A DNA stretch of 64,000 bases. Origin: an uncultured Pseudomonadales bacterium. GTDB lineage: Bacteria; Patescibacteriota; Microgenomatia; UBA1400; PJMF01. Where the stretch lies: positions 8,642 through 72,641 of the forward strand of contig CAYSQA010000002.1 in the NCBI GenBank assembly GCA_964433225.1. Reading direction: 5' to 3'. A program made the position numbers and the translations under genes. The notes beneath the pieces were generated by a model. It had not been told where the DNA came from. It saw nothing but the letters and a program-made list of their open reading frames with translations, and did no database searches. This document shows positions 7,265-16,889 of the stretch, piece by piece; position 1 is the first letter of the stretch; the number at the start of each line of letters is the position of its first letter.

Positions 7265-9397
7265 CTACGCCTCCACTGCCAGCTTGGCATTTCGCAGAGA
7301 CATAGCATTAACTACAACAATCACCGAGGAGAGACTCATTAACAAGGCTCCTACTGCTGGACTCAGACGAAATCCAAAAGGAATAAACAATCCTGCTGCA
7401 GCTGGAATGGCGACGATGTTATAGCCAAGTGCCCACCATAAATTTTGCAGCATTTTGGCATAGACTTTTCTGGAAAGAACAATCAACCGTACGATGTGCT
7501 GAGGATTGGACTGCGTCAAGATAATGTCGCCAGCTTCAACCGCCACATCAGTACCTGCCCCAATGGCTACACCCGCATTAGCTTGGGTTAAGGCAGGAGC
7601 ATCATTAACCCCATCACCAGCCATGACTACTACATTGCCAGCATCTTGTAGCTCCCGAATATACTTATACTTATCCTCTGGCAAAACTTCAGCAAATACC
7701 GTGTCTATGCCCAGTTGTTTAGCAATTGGCTCTGCAGCTGACTTTGTGTCACCAGTCAGCATCGCAACCTTAACTCCCAACTGGTGTAGCTGCGCCACAG
7801 CCTGCTTGGACTCTTCTTTCACTTGATCACTCAGGGCAATAACACCTAAAACTTTATTTTTATCTGCCACAAAAACTGGTGTTTTGCCTTCTGTAGAAAG
7901 TTTCTTGTATACCTCAGCTACATTTTCATCCCAAACCTTTCGTTCTTCCATTAAGCGTTTGTTGCCCAGGAAATATTGTTTTTCGTTATACGTTCCTTCC
8001 ATACCTTTACCAGCTAAGTTCTTGATTTTGGAAGCCTCAGTCAATGTGATCTTCTCTTTTTGCAAGTGCTGAACAATTGCCATACCAATCACATGAGAAG
8101 AATGCGTTTCAATACTACCTGCTATCTGAAGTAATTGTTTTTCTGTACCTGAAAAAACAGTGATACCAGTTACACCAAACTCACCTTTAGTTAGAGTGCC
8201 TGTCTTATCGAAAACAACATAATCAGCTGCTTTGACGACTTCTATTTTTCCCATATCCTTGATAAACACCCCATTTTTGACTGCCAAACGAGTAGCAATA
8301 GTAGAGACAGTGGGAATAGCTAATCCAAGGGCATGAGGGCAGGCAATTACTAAAACCGTGATAGCCAGTGTGGCAGCAAACACAACCGACTCACCAACTA
8401 GTATTGACCATATCAGAAGCGATGCGATAGCAACTCCAAGTGCAGTAAAAGTCAACCATTTTGCAGCACGGTCAGCTAGCTTTTGTGCTGATGGTTTGGT
8501 TTGTTTAGCTTCAGAAATAAGGCTTTGAATTTGACCGATTGTTGAAGATTCACCAACTCGCATTAGTTTAACTTCAACAGAACCATCAATACTTATGGCA
8601 CCAGCTACCACTTCACTTCCTGGTTTTTTTTCGACAGGTTTTGATTCTCCAGTAATATGTGCTTCATTGAAGTTACCACTGCCCTTTAGTATTTCACCAT
8701 CAGCAGGGACTTTTTCACCCGGTTTAACAATAACGACATCGCCTTCTTTCAACGAAGTCAGTTCAACTTCTGTAACACCATTCTTGGTTTTAAGGTGAGC
8801 TTCCTTTGGTAGCAATTTAGCAACTTCTTGCAACGCATCTCCTGCCGCAGTCGATGATTTGGCTTCCAAAAAGTGTCCAAAAAGTAGCACCCAAATCAAA
8901 GTTGCTATTTCCAAGTAAAACTCCATTTCAATCTGAGGCAAGAAAGTTGCCGCAGCAGAAAAGAGATATCCTGAACCAACAGCCAAAGAAACCAAGGTCA
9001 TCATGCCATACTGCTTCATTTGAATCTCATGACGAGCGTGTTCAAAGAAAACTAAACCAAAATAGAAAATGATTGAAGCAATGGCAAATTCTAGATATGA
9101 GCGGAGAGCGAAATCCGGCATACCAAGTAACGTAACCGCTGGTTCAGAAAAAATTGCTAGTGGTACGAGTAGGGCAGTGACAATAAAAAAACGTTTTAGA
9201 AAGTCAGCTGCCGCTTCAGGACTAGCCATCATACTAGCGTGATCATGCTCAACATGGCCATTGTCCATCTCACTTTTTTTCACCAAATACATACCTCCAC
9301 ACTTAGGACACTTGCCTGGCTTTTTCTCCATGATCTCTGGATGCATTGGACAAGTGTAATAGTCTTGGTGGTCAGTGTGTAGGTGGTTGTGTTTCAT
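7265..9397 (-). CDS. copB: Copper-translocating P1B-type ATPase, CopB-like (CPH motif, His-rich N-terminus)
   Basis: His-rich N-terminus MKHNHLHTDHQDYYTCPMHPE...CPKCGGM. TM motif IACPHALG (CPH). Phosphorylation motif DKTGTLT and hinge motif GDGVNDAPAL. Confidence 0.9.
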   Translation of the reverse strand: MKHNHLHTDHQDYYTCPMHPEIMEKKPGKCPKCGGMYLVKKSEMDNGHVEHDHASMMASPEAAADFLKRFFIVTALLVPLAIFSEPAVTLLGMPDFALRSYLEFAIASIIFYFGLVFFEHARHEIQMKQYGMMTLVSLAVGSGYLFSAAATFLPQIEMEFYLEIATLIWVLLFGHFLEAKSSTAAGDALQEVAKLLPKEAHLKTKNGVTEVELTSLKEGDVVIVKPGEKVPADGEILKGSGNFNEAHITGESKPVEKKPGSEVVAGAISIDGSVEVKLMRVGESSTIGQIQSLISEAKQTKPSAQKLADRAAKWLTFTALGVAIASLLIWSILVGESVVFAATLAITVLVIACPHALGLAIPTVSTIATRLAVKNGVFIKDMGKIEVVKAADYVVFDKTGTLTKGEFGVTGITVFSGTEKQLLQIAGSIETHSSHVIGMAIVQHLQKEKITLTEASKIKNLAGKGMEGTYNEKQYFLGNKRLMEERKVWDENVAEVYKKLSTEGKTPVFVADKNKVLGVIALSDQVKEESKQAVAQLHQLGVKVAMLTGDTKSAAEPIAKQLGIDTVFAEVLPEDKYKYIRELQDAGNVVVMAGDGVNDAPALTQANAGVAIGAGTDVAVEAGDIILTQSNPQHIVRLIVLSRKVYAKMLQNLWWALGYNIVAIPAAAGLFIPFGFRLSPAVGALLMSLSSVIVVVNAMSLRNAKLAVEA

Positions 9398-9416
9398 AAC
9401 ATTGTTTGCAGTTCAT

Positions 9417-10007
9417 TTACTTTTTATGAGCTTGTTTAAGAAAGAAATATGTTCCAGAGGTAAAGAATGCAATGGCAACAATCCGAGTTGCTGTCCCAAG
9501 GAAACTATATGATCCATATCCCATCATTGAACCAAAGCCCATCATATTAGTCGAGCCGCTAAGACTTCTATTGTTGGCGTAGCCCATCATGCCTCTGCCC
9601 ATCATTCCAGGACCATAGTTTGTATTGGTACCGTAACCTAAGTAAGCTTGTCCCATAGTAATATGCATTTGACGCAAAGAGTCCGAACCTTCACCGCCCA
9701 TCATCCTATCCATTGCCTCATGTGCTTCTCCCGGATGCTGAAGTTCCATTACAGCATCGCCTAATCGCTCCCATTCATCATCACTGACTTTTGACAAGTC
9801 AAGTTCTTGTACTGTCTGTACATTTTGACTGCTGAGTACATCTTGCAAAACTACTTCTACAGACTCGGCGTGTTCTTCCTTTGCACTTACTTCAGTTTCA
9901 TCCCCATCGAATCCCATCATCGAACCCATCTGTGCCTGCGTCTTAGGAACTACAAAACCAAGCGAAAGAAATGTAAGTAATAATAGGGTGGTAACAGTTT
10001 TTTTCAT
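9417..10007 (-). CDS. Secreted Met/Gly-rich protein with C-terminal membrane anchor; putative Cu(I)-binding
   Basis: Signal peptide, then repeated MMG, GMMG and MMGY motifs and a C-terminal hydrophobic helix. AAAGGAG SD. First gene of the copper island. Confidence 0.6.
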   Translation of the reverse strand: MKKTVTTLLLLTFLSLGFVVPKTQAQMGSMMGFDGDETEVSAKEEHAESVEVVLQDVLSSQNVQTVQELDLSKVSDDEWERLGDAVMELQHPGEAHEAMDRMMGGEGSDSLRQMHITMGQAYLGYGTNTNYGPGMMGRGMMGYANNRSLSGSTNMMGFGSMMGYGSYSFLGTATRIVAIAFFTSGTYFFLKQAHKK

Positions 10008-10174
10008 ACAAACTCCTTTTATGAACTAAGTTAATCATAAAGCAGATTAAGAGAAGATGAAATCGCACTTACACGGCTGTTAAACCAACATTTGTTGTTT
10101 TCAGCGTTTTTTAGCAAGCCCCATCAACCCATTTAGTCATAATGGACGGGTCTATCAGAACTTTTCGGTACTTG

Positions 10175-10259
10175 CGGAGGCAATGGGATTTGAACCCATG
10201 AACCGGAGATCCGGTCAGGTTTAGCAAACCTGTGCAATTGGCCACTATGCGATGCCTCC
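10175..10259 (-). tRNA. tRNA-Ser (anticodon GCT), long variable arm
   Basis: Manual fold: acceptor GGAGGCA/TGCCTCC, anticodon stem CAGGT/ACCTG, loop TTGCTAA, variable-arm stem CCGGA/TCCGG, T-loop TTCAAAT. Confidence 0.85.
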
Positions 10260-10363
10260 TAGTTTTGATCAGCCCAGATTATACCAGTCATTTTTTGGGT
10301 AGACTATGTTAAAAAACCCAACTCTTGAGAGTTAGTTCAGAAGTCGGTAGACTTAAGCTAGTT

Positions 10364-10882
10364 ATGAAAAAGTCTTTTTTATTATTAGTGGTTTTGGTTG
10401 CGGCAGTGTTTTTTACTGGTTGTCAGGCTCCAGAGGGGGACGATAACTTGGAGTTGAAAAAAATTAATGGAGGTTTAGAAATAGATAAGGCTGATCAAGT
10501 TGTTCCCCAGGTGGGTATTCCTGCCGATGAAGATGATTTTGCTAATCCACTGACAGAACAGGCTCAGAAAAGTGGTCTTACTACAGACGATGTTCAACAA
10601 GTTAGGGAGAAGCTCGCTGAGAGTTTTAAGATGGATTTAGCAGAAATTCAGATTACGGCCGAAGCAGAAAGTAGTTTAGAGTTTATGACTGGTTTTGTGA
10701 ACGTTGGTGAAGGTGATAAAGGAGGTATTTATTTTGCAGCCAAAACCACTGATGGTTGGCAAATTGCTCACAATGGGGTTGGTTTGGTTTATTGTGAGAT
10801 AGTTGATAAATATAACTTCCCGGTGGGAATGATTCCCAAGTGTTATGATGCAGTGACGGGAATGTCCAAAGAAAGAGAATAG
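10364..10882 (+). CDS. Lipoprotein, hypothetical
   Basis: MKKSFLLLVVLVAAVFFTGC signal peptide plus lipobox. The start at 10364 is preferred over the ORF-track start at 10325. Confidence 0.6.
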   Translation: MKKSFLLLVVLVAAVFFTGCQAPEGDDNLELKKINGGLEIDKADQVVPQVGIPADEDDFANPLTEQAQKSGLTTDDVQQVREKLAESFKMDLAEIQITAEAESSLEFMTGFVNVGEGDKGGIYFAAKTTDGWQIAHNGVGLVYCEIVDKYNFPVGMIPKCYDAVTGMSKERE

Positions 10883-10884
10883 TT

Positions 10885-12093
10885 GTGCAATCATCTTTAT
10901 TAAAAAAAGCTGCTAAGATTGACCAGTCGGCAGCTGATATTTCTTTATATGATTCTGCTTTTCAACATACCACCAGTAATAATTTGCCTTTTTTGGTAAC
11001 AGCAGAGACTTTTCATTTGGCTGAAGATGAAAAAAATAAGTTATTAGCCTTGGGCCCAGCTCTTAAGGAATTATTAAATCAAGCTGCTGCTTTGTATCAG
11101 AAGCCTTTTAACACTTTTTTTATTAGGCCAGACGTTTTGATGACCGCTGATGGGTTGAAAGTTTGTGAAATAGAAACTCAACCATTTGGTTTGGCTTTAA
11201 TAATTTTTTTACAAACTTCTTATCGTGAGTGGACTAAGGTGCTTGGTCAGGATGTTAGATATATTTTTACTGGTTTTATGCAGTGGTGGCAACAAAGTAC
11301 TGGCACAAATCAAGGAATTTTTGTTTATTCAGATCATACTGATCGTTTTAAAGGTCAGTTGGTTTATTTGGCCAATAGTTTGAAGCAGTATGGTGGTGAT
11401 TTTTCGGTTAGATTTATTGAAGATCTCACGGTTGAAGAAATTCAAAACAATTTTTTTTATCGTGCTTTTTATACTTATGAAGCTAGTTTAGATGAAGCAA
11501 TTAATAGATTTCTGCTTAGCAAACCAAAGCTATTTCCTCAGATAGATCCATATTTTGAAGGTAAGTATTTATTAGCTGATTATTTTGCTGATGATAATTT
11601 GCGAGCCAAATTATCTAGTGAAACAATAAAATTATTGGACCAGTTATTATTGCCTACTTGGTTTATTAAAAAATCAATTCCAGCTGAATTTCCTTTAACT
11701 ATTAAAAATTGGCTTGATTTAGTTAATTTTCCTAGAGAACAATTAAGGTTTGTTGTTAAAATGGCTGGTAATCACCCCGATGCTTCTTGGGCAAAAAGTG
11801 TTAACTTTTTACATAAAAAATCCAAAGTACAATTGAAGCAATTACTCCAATCTATTGAGGAAAGCAAACAGACTTGGTTGATTCAACCTTTTCTTAGTAA
11901 TAAAAAAGTAAGTATTACTTATGCCACTGAGGATTTTATGGACTTACTAATTATGAAAGGTCGAATTAGATTGACTCCATATTTCGAATATCAGACTGGT
12001 AAATTACTTAATGTAAAAGCAACGGTGAGAAGAAATACTTTGTTGATCCATGCTTCCAGTGATAGTGTTAATACCATTGTCAGTGACAACTAG
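10885..12093 (+). CDS. Hypothetical protein (possible ATP-grasp-like fold)
   Basis: Complete 402-aa ORF. The VCEIETQPFG segment weakly resembles the ATP-grasp (E-x-N) loop. No confident family. Confidence 0.5.
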   Translation: MQSSLLKKAAKIDQSAADISLYDSAFQHTTSNNLPFLVTAETFHLAEDEKNKLLALGPALKELLNQAAALYQKPFNTFFIRPDVLMTADGLKVCEIETQPFGLALIIFLQTSYREWTKVLGQDVRYIFTGFMQWWQQSTGTNQGIFVYSDHTDRFKGQLVYLANSLKQYGGDFSVRFIEDLTVEEIQNNFFYRAFYTYEASLDEAINRFLLSKPKLFPQIDPYFEGKYLLADYFADDNLRAKLSSETIKLLDQLLLPTWFIKKSIPAEFPLTIKNWLDLVNFPREQLRFVVKMAGNHPDASWAKSVNFLHKKSKVQLKQLLQSIEESKQTWLIQPFLSNKKVSITYATEDFMDLLIMKGRIRLTPYFEYQTGKLLNVKATVRRNTLLIHASSDSVNTIVSDN

Positions 12094-12102
12094 AAAGAAA
12101 TC

Positions 12103-12672
12103 ATGAACTTAACCAGCAAAAAATATTTAATCTTTGATTTTGATCGGACAATTGATACGCTCATTATTGATTGGAGTCGTTCTCGTGAAGGGTGGTTAAA
12201 CTTAGCTAAAGAGTTGACCGGTGATAATAGTTTAATGATTATGGGTAATCCTTATGTTTTTCAAGCAGAAATTATTGATCGAGTTGGTCAACCCGCGATT
12301 GAGGCTTTTCAAACTTTTACTAAAAATTATGAACAACAAAACTATGCTAGTCATGAACCCAACATGAGGCTGGTTCAGTTTATTCAGGATAATCAAGATC
12401 GTTATCAGTTTTTTTTGTGGACTAGTAATCATGGCGAAGTTATTAAGCCTATTTTACAAGATTTAGGTTTAGACCAATCCTTTAGACAGATTATTACTAG
12501 AGATTTGGTTGACTATCCTAAACCTCGATCTGCTGGTTTTGACTTAATTTTTGTTCCTGGTACAAATAAAAAAGACTATTTAATGATTGGTGATAGTGAG
12601 AATGATCAATTGGCGGCTGAGGCCGCTGGCATTGATTTTATCAATGTAGTTGATTTTGAAGAGTTAATCTAA
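12103..12672 (+). CDS. HAD-superfamily hydrolase
   Basis: Motif I FDFDRT and motif IV GDSENDQLAAEAAG. Confidence 0.75.
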   Translation: MNLTSKKYLIFDFDRTIDTLIIDWSRSREGWLNLAKELTGDNSLMIMGNPYVFQAEIIDRVGQPAIEAFQTFTKNYEQQNYASHEPNMRLVQFIQDNQDRYQFFLWTSNHGEVIKPILQDLGLDQSFRQIITRDLVDYPKPRSAGFDLIFVPGTNKKDYLMIGDSENDQLAAEAAGIDFINVVDFEELI

Positions 12673-13614
12673 TTTTTTTAATGAACCAGTGACAGTACCA
12701 ACAATGACTGTTAAGTCAGAAAAAATTTGTAGAATTGGTAGCCACCACCAGCCAGCTGGTACATATTTTTTATTTTTTCCAATAGCCCAACTACTATAGC
12801 CAATCATTGCTAGCAGTGTAATTATTAGGCCATAGTTAGTTAAAAAATTAACTGGTTGGAAAAATAAACCAAGCCAACTAAAAAATAAAACTAAAATCAA
12901 TAAAAAATATCTAGCAAAAATTAAACCTACTTTTGGTCTAAAGATTGTTGCTTCGGCGTCTCCCAAAGCAAAGCGGTAAATCATTACCATAAAAGACCAT
13001 AAATTTTTTCTAGGTAACCAAGCAACTTGAGCTTCTTTGGCAATCTCAATATTAATTTTTCTTTTTTCTAGTTCTTTGGCAAAAGCATAATCTTCATTAT
13101 GGTTAAGTCGTTCATTGAAGCCACCAACTTCTTGCCAAGTTTTCTTGTTAATTAGCATCGATCGAGTAGCCGGCAAAAAATTATCATCAACTTTATCTGG
13201 CATCACCAATACATATGGAATAATTGCTTGTTGAAAGTGATTTTTTGCTAGACCATAGTAGTAACCAGCAACCACTGGAGCTTGAGTTTGGTGTCGTTTT
13301 TTTGCTAGCTTTTTCAACCAATCTTTATTGGGGATACACCCAGCATCAGTAATGGCAACTAAATCATTTTTAGCTTTTTTGATAGCTAAGTTTCTGCCAA
13401 TGCTCCTATTACCACTTTTTTGATAAATTTTTAGTTTGTTTTTGAAAAATTTTTGTTGTTGGTAAGTTTTTAAAATTTCCCAGCTTCGGTCAGTCGAGCC
13501 ACCATCAACAATAATTAGTTCGTTGATTTGCTGAGTTTGTTTTTTAATGGCATTTAACAGTAAATCCAGAGTTGATTCTTCGTTAAAAATCGTTATAACT
13601 AAACTAATCTTCAT
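12664..13614 (-). CDS. Family 2 glycosyltransferase with C-terminal TM region
   Basis: N-terminal GT-A signature VITIFNEE...IIVDGGSTDRS and a hydrophobic C-terminal third. Confidence 0.8.
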   Translation of the reverse strand: MKISLVITIFNEESTLDLLLNAIKKQTQQINELIIVDGGSTDRSWEILKTYQQQKFFKNKLKIYQKSGNRSIGRNLAIKKAKNDLVAITDAGCIPNKDWLKKLAKKRHQTQAPVVAGYYYGLAKNHFQQAIIPYVLVMPDKVDDNFLPATRSMLINKKTWQEVGGFNERLNHNEDYAFAKELEKRKINIEIAKEAQVAWLPRKNLWSFMVMIYRFALGDAEATIFRPKVGLIFARYFLLILVLFFSWLGLFFQPVNFLTNYGLIITLLAMIGYSSWAIGKNKKYVPAGWWWLPILQIFSDLTVIVGTVTGSLKKLD

Positions 13615-13651
13615 GATAGGTTATTATAACTTTTAAAATTATTGTTTTTTA

Positions 13652-14656
13652 ATGAAAAAAATTCTTGTTTTTACGCCATCTTTCCCCCCCAATATGGGTG
13701 GAGTTGAACGTCATGTTTTAGAAACAACTCACTACTTAAGCAGAAAAAAATATTCAATTAAAATTATTACTGAACAAACAAAAAAATCAGCCATTTTTGA
13801 AAAAAAACCTGGCCTAGAAATTTATCGTTTTAGTTATCCTAAGGTAAAATTTTTTGGCTTGTTAAATATCTGGTGGCAACTATTTAATAAATATTTTGCT
13901 TTGATTAGGGAGGCTGAAGTAATTCATATTCATGATGTTTTTGTTTGGTATCTACCTTTTAAACTACTGTTTTGGCGAAAACCAGTAGTGACAACCTTTC
14001 ATGGTTGGGAAGGTAAATTTCCTTTACCGCAAAAAAATAAATTATGGCGTAAATTGGGAGTATTTTTATCAACTAAAACAATTGCTGTTGGTAAATATTT
14101 AGAGAAATATTATGACTTTTCTGCCAACATGGTGATTTATGGTGGAGTTCATATTCCTCAAAAAGATTTTGTTAAGCAGAACCTCTTGTTGTATGTTGGT
14201 AGGTTGAGTTATGACACCGGTTTACCATTGCTACTTCAAAGTTTAAAAGACCAATCTTGGCAAGGCAGGGTGGTTTTTTGTGGAGATGGTGAATTAAGAG
14301 AACAAGCAGCTCTATTTGGTGAGGTGACTGGTTTTAGAAATCCGATGCCTTATTTAAAAAAAGCTAAGCTTGTTTTTGCTGGTGGTTATTTATCGGTTTT
14401 AGAAGCCTTTGCTTATAAATGTTTAGTTTTGGCTGCTTATAGTAATCCTCTCAAAAGAGATTATTTTTCTTTGTCACCTATGGGTAAATTTGTTCAGGTA
14501 GTCAAAAGTAGCAGCGAGTTGTCAAGAAAATTGGCTGTTTTGCAAAAAAATACTAACTTTCATCAACATAAATTGACTCAAGCTTATGAATTTGCCAGGC
14601 AACAAAGTTGGCAGCGGATTGCCGAGATTTATATTGAGCTTTATGAGAGTTTATAG
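13652..14656 (+). CDS. GT-B (GT4-like) glycosyltransferase
   Basis: N-terminal PPNMGGVERHV motif typical of the GT4 N-domain. The size (334 aa) fits. Confidence 0.7.
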   Translation: MKKILVFTPSFPPNMGGVERHVLETTHYLSRKKYSIKIITEQTKKSAIFEKKPGLEIYRFSYPKVKFFGLLNIWWQLFNKYFALIREAEVIHIHDVFVWYLPFKLLFWRKPVVTTFHGWEGKFPLPQKNKLWRKLGVFLSTKTIAVGKYLEKYYDFSANMVIYGGVHIPQKDFVKQNLLLYVGRLSYDTGLPLLLQSLKDQSWQGRVVFCGDGELREQAALFGEVTGFRNPMPYLKKAKLVFAGGYLSVLEAFAYKCLVLAAYSNPLKRDYFSLSPMGKFVQVVKSSSELSRKLAVLQKNTNFHQHKLTQAYEFARQQSWQRIAEIYIELYESL

Positions 14657-15679
14657 TTTTCTGATTTTTTTTCTAAAGCTTTCAAATAGATAGGTGAGCC
14701 AATAGAACGGTGAGACTGGCAAATCATGAGCCGGTAAGTAAGCTACCTCTTTACCTCCAAAGCCACGTTTAAATAGTGACACTCCAGCGAAACGGTGGTG
14801 TGGCTCATCTTTGGGAGCAATTCCCCAAAAATTGTATTTTTTACAACCTCTTTTTTGGGCTTCCTGAATAGCTGCCCACTGACAGGCATAAGCACCAGGA
14901 AGTTTGTAGTTAGCTTCAGTAGAAATACCATAGTGGTAGACAGCTTCTTGATTGTAAAAAATAATAAAGGCAGAAGCTAGTAACTTATTTTCTAAATAAC
15001 TAGAAAATAAGGTAACTTTGTTTTTTTCTCCAAAAGTCTCAAATTGTGTTAGTAAAAATTCATAACTAAAAGGAATAAAATTATGTTTATTGGCTAGCTC
15101 TAGTTGATATTGGTAAAATTCTTTAATCTTTCGTGGATCTTGTGATTGGGTTACAGTAATACCTTTTTTTTCTGCTTGTCTGATTTCATAACGAGTATTT
15201 TTTCTCATTTCTTGGAGGAGTTGGTCTGGTGATTTGGTTAGATCTAGCTGGAGGGTCAGATCAGCGGTCAGATGCATTGGTGAAAAAACAAGCTGGTATT
15301 TTTTGAGTTGTTGCCTGAGTTTTTCGGAGTCTAAAGTCTGAGGCCTAAAACGAATAAAACTACAGTTTTCTTTTTGAGCTAAAGTCTTTAAAAAATTAAT
15401 TAACTGGATAAAACTTTGGTTGGTTAATTGCTTTTCCCAGTCAAGCAATGGTCCTCCTGCGATAGTGAGGTAGTTGCCTCTTTTGGCTGTTTCTTTGACG
15501 ATTTGTAAAGCAATAATTGGTTGATTTTTTTCTAAAAGAGCAAACCTGAAAACTTTTTTGTTTAATTTTTTTTCAAATTCACCCCAATAAAAAGATTGTA
15601 AAAAATTGGCTTCAGGAAAATAACTGATAATTCTTTCCCAGTTTTGTTCGGTCTCGATAACTTGAAAATTAATTGACAT
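14651..15679 (-). CDS. FemAB/FemX-family aminoacyl-tRNA-dependent peptidyltransferase
   Basis: The MRKNTRYEIRQAEKKGITV and GNYLTIAGGPL segments are characteristic of the FemABX family. It overlaps the neighbouring genes in an operon. Confidence 0.7.
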   Translation of the reverse strand: MSINFQVIETEQNWERIISYFPEANFLQSFYWGEFEKKLNKKVFRFALLEKNQPIIALQIVKETAKRGNYLTIAGGPLLDWEKQLTNQSFIQLINFLKTLAQKENCSFIRFRPQTLDSEKLRQQLKKYQLVFSPMHLTADLTLQLDLTKSPDQLLQEMRKNTRYEIRQAEKKGITVTQSQDPRKIKEFYQYQLELANKHNFIPFSYEFLLTQFETFGEKNKVTLFSSYLENKLLASAFIIFYNQEAVYHYGISTEANYKLPGAYACQWAAIQEAQKRGCKKYNFWGIAPKDEPHHRFAGVSLFKRGFGGKEVAYLPAHDLPVSPFYWLTYLFESFRKKIRKL

Positions 15680-16889
15680 GTTTTTTTATTATAGCCACAA
15701 TTTTTTTGGCAGCTTTGAGAGAAATTTGTCTGTGAGTTGGGAGGTTGAGAATTTGTTGACTAATTTTTTCGGCATTAGGACATGATTTTTCTTGGTAAAA
15801 TCTTGAACAATGTAGTTGGCCACAGTCTACTGGTTGTCGATACCATCGATCAGCTAAGTGAATTTGGTGTTGTTGCCAATCAGTCATTATTTCAGACCAG
15901 TGTGGGGTAGTAAAAGCAAATCTAAGTAATGAAGCTTTCTCAAGGTTCTGTTGAGTGGTGAAGAGTTGGATTGGTAAGTTAGTTAATTCCTCAAGATAAA
16001 ATTCACTTATTTTTTGGCGATGTTGGTGATTAGTATCCAATTCAATCAATTGTAGTAAAGCTAGTTGAACAAAATAGCTGGGCAACCGAGTGATTTGCTT
16101 AGTAGGTGCCTTGATTGGTGAGTAAAACCAGTGAGTTTTTTTAAGTAAAAAATGGATGATTTTACCTATTTTTAGGTGGTAGGTTTGTCTAATCAGCCAG
16201 GTTAAAACAGGGTAACTCAAGTCTTTGATAATGATTTTTTTACTGGGTAAAGCAAATTTTTTTGGTTGATAGTTTTGGGGTTGAGTGCAAAAAATCACGG
16301 CACCGCCAGTTACAGCATCGATGATTTTGTCTCGGCCAAACGACAAGATAATTGCATCGGCATTTTTACCTAGCAAGTTGTTGGCAGAATCCGTGGCGCC
16401 AAAACTTTGAGCTAGATCTTCTATTAGCAAAACTTGGTTTTTTTGGCACCAGTTTTTAATCGCTTTAATTTCTGCTGGATGGCCCAAACTATGTTGAACG
16501 AGTACAGCTTTTATTTTTAAGTTTGGCTGATTATTTTTTGCTTGTTCCAAGGTTTCAGTATTTAGATTTAGTTGCTGGTGACCAAGGTCAGCATAAATGG
16601 GTGTAGCTCCAGCTCTTACGATTCCTTCTTCAATGGCTGAACAAGTAAAAGCTTGAGTAATAACTCCATCACGACGATTAGTAATGCCATATTGTCTTAG
16701 ACAAAGTTCAATCGCATCACGACCTTTATAAACAAACTCAACCTTTCCTGGAAAAAAATCGGTTAGTAAATTGGTTAGTTTTTCTAAATACTGGGGTTGG
16801 TTGATTCCCAAACTGGCTAAAACCAATTGCTTTAAGCTTAGCCAAATAAATCTGTTTGAGTAATGAGCTCCTAGACTGGCATTAATCAT
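15669..16889 (-). CDS. DegT/DnrJ/EryC1/StrS-family PLP aminotransferase-like protein with C-terminal extension
   Basis: Alignable blocks are ITQAFTCSAIEEGIVRAGATPIYADL, LLIEDLAQSFGAT and LSFGRDKII (putative PLP-binding Lys). There are about 170 extra C-terminal residues. Confidence 0.65.
   Translation of the reverse strand: MINASLGAHYSNRFIWLSLKQLVLASLGINQPQYLEKLTNLLTDFFPGKVEFVYKGRDAIELCLRQYGITNRRDGVITQAFTCSAIEEGIVRAGATPIYADLGHQQLNLNTETLEQAKNNQPNLKIKAVLVQHSLGHPAEIKAIKNWCQKNQVLLIEDLAQSFGATDSANNLLGKNADAIILSFGRDKIIDAVTGGAVIFCTQPQNYQPKKFALPSKKIIIKDLSYPVLTWLIRQTYHLKIGKIIHFLLKKTHWFYSPIKAPTKQITRLPSYFVQLALLQLIELDTNHQHRQKISEFYLEELTNLPIQLFTTQQNLEKASLLRFAFTTPHWSEIMTDWQQHQIHLADRWYRQPVDCGQLHCSRFYQEKSCPNAEKISQQILNLPTHRQISLKAAKKIVAIIKKHVN

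Noticed and set aside
10008-10330. Mobile-element or integration signatures around tRNA-Ser(GCT), and likewise at tRNA-Ser(TGA) and tRNA-Pro.
   Set aside because: No integrase, transposase, direct-repeat duplication of tRNA 3' ends or compositional shift was recognisable. Only the region after tRNA-Asn shows island-like composition.
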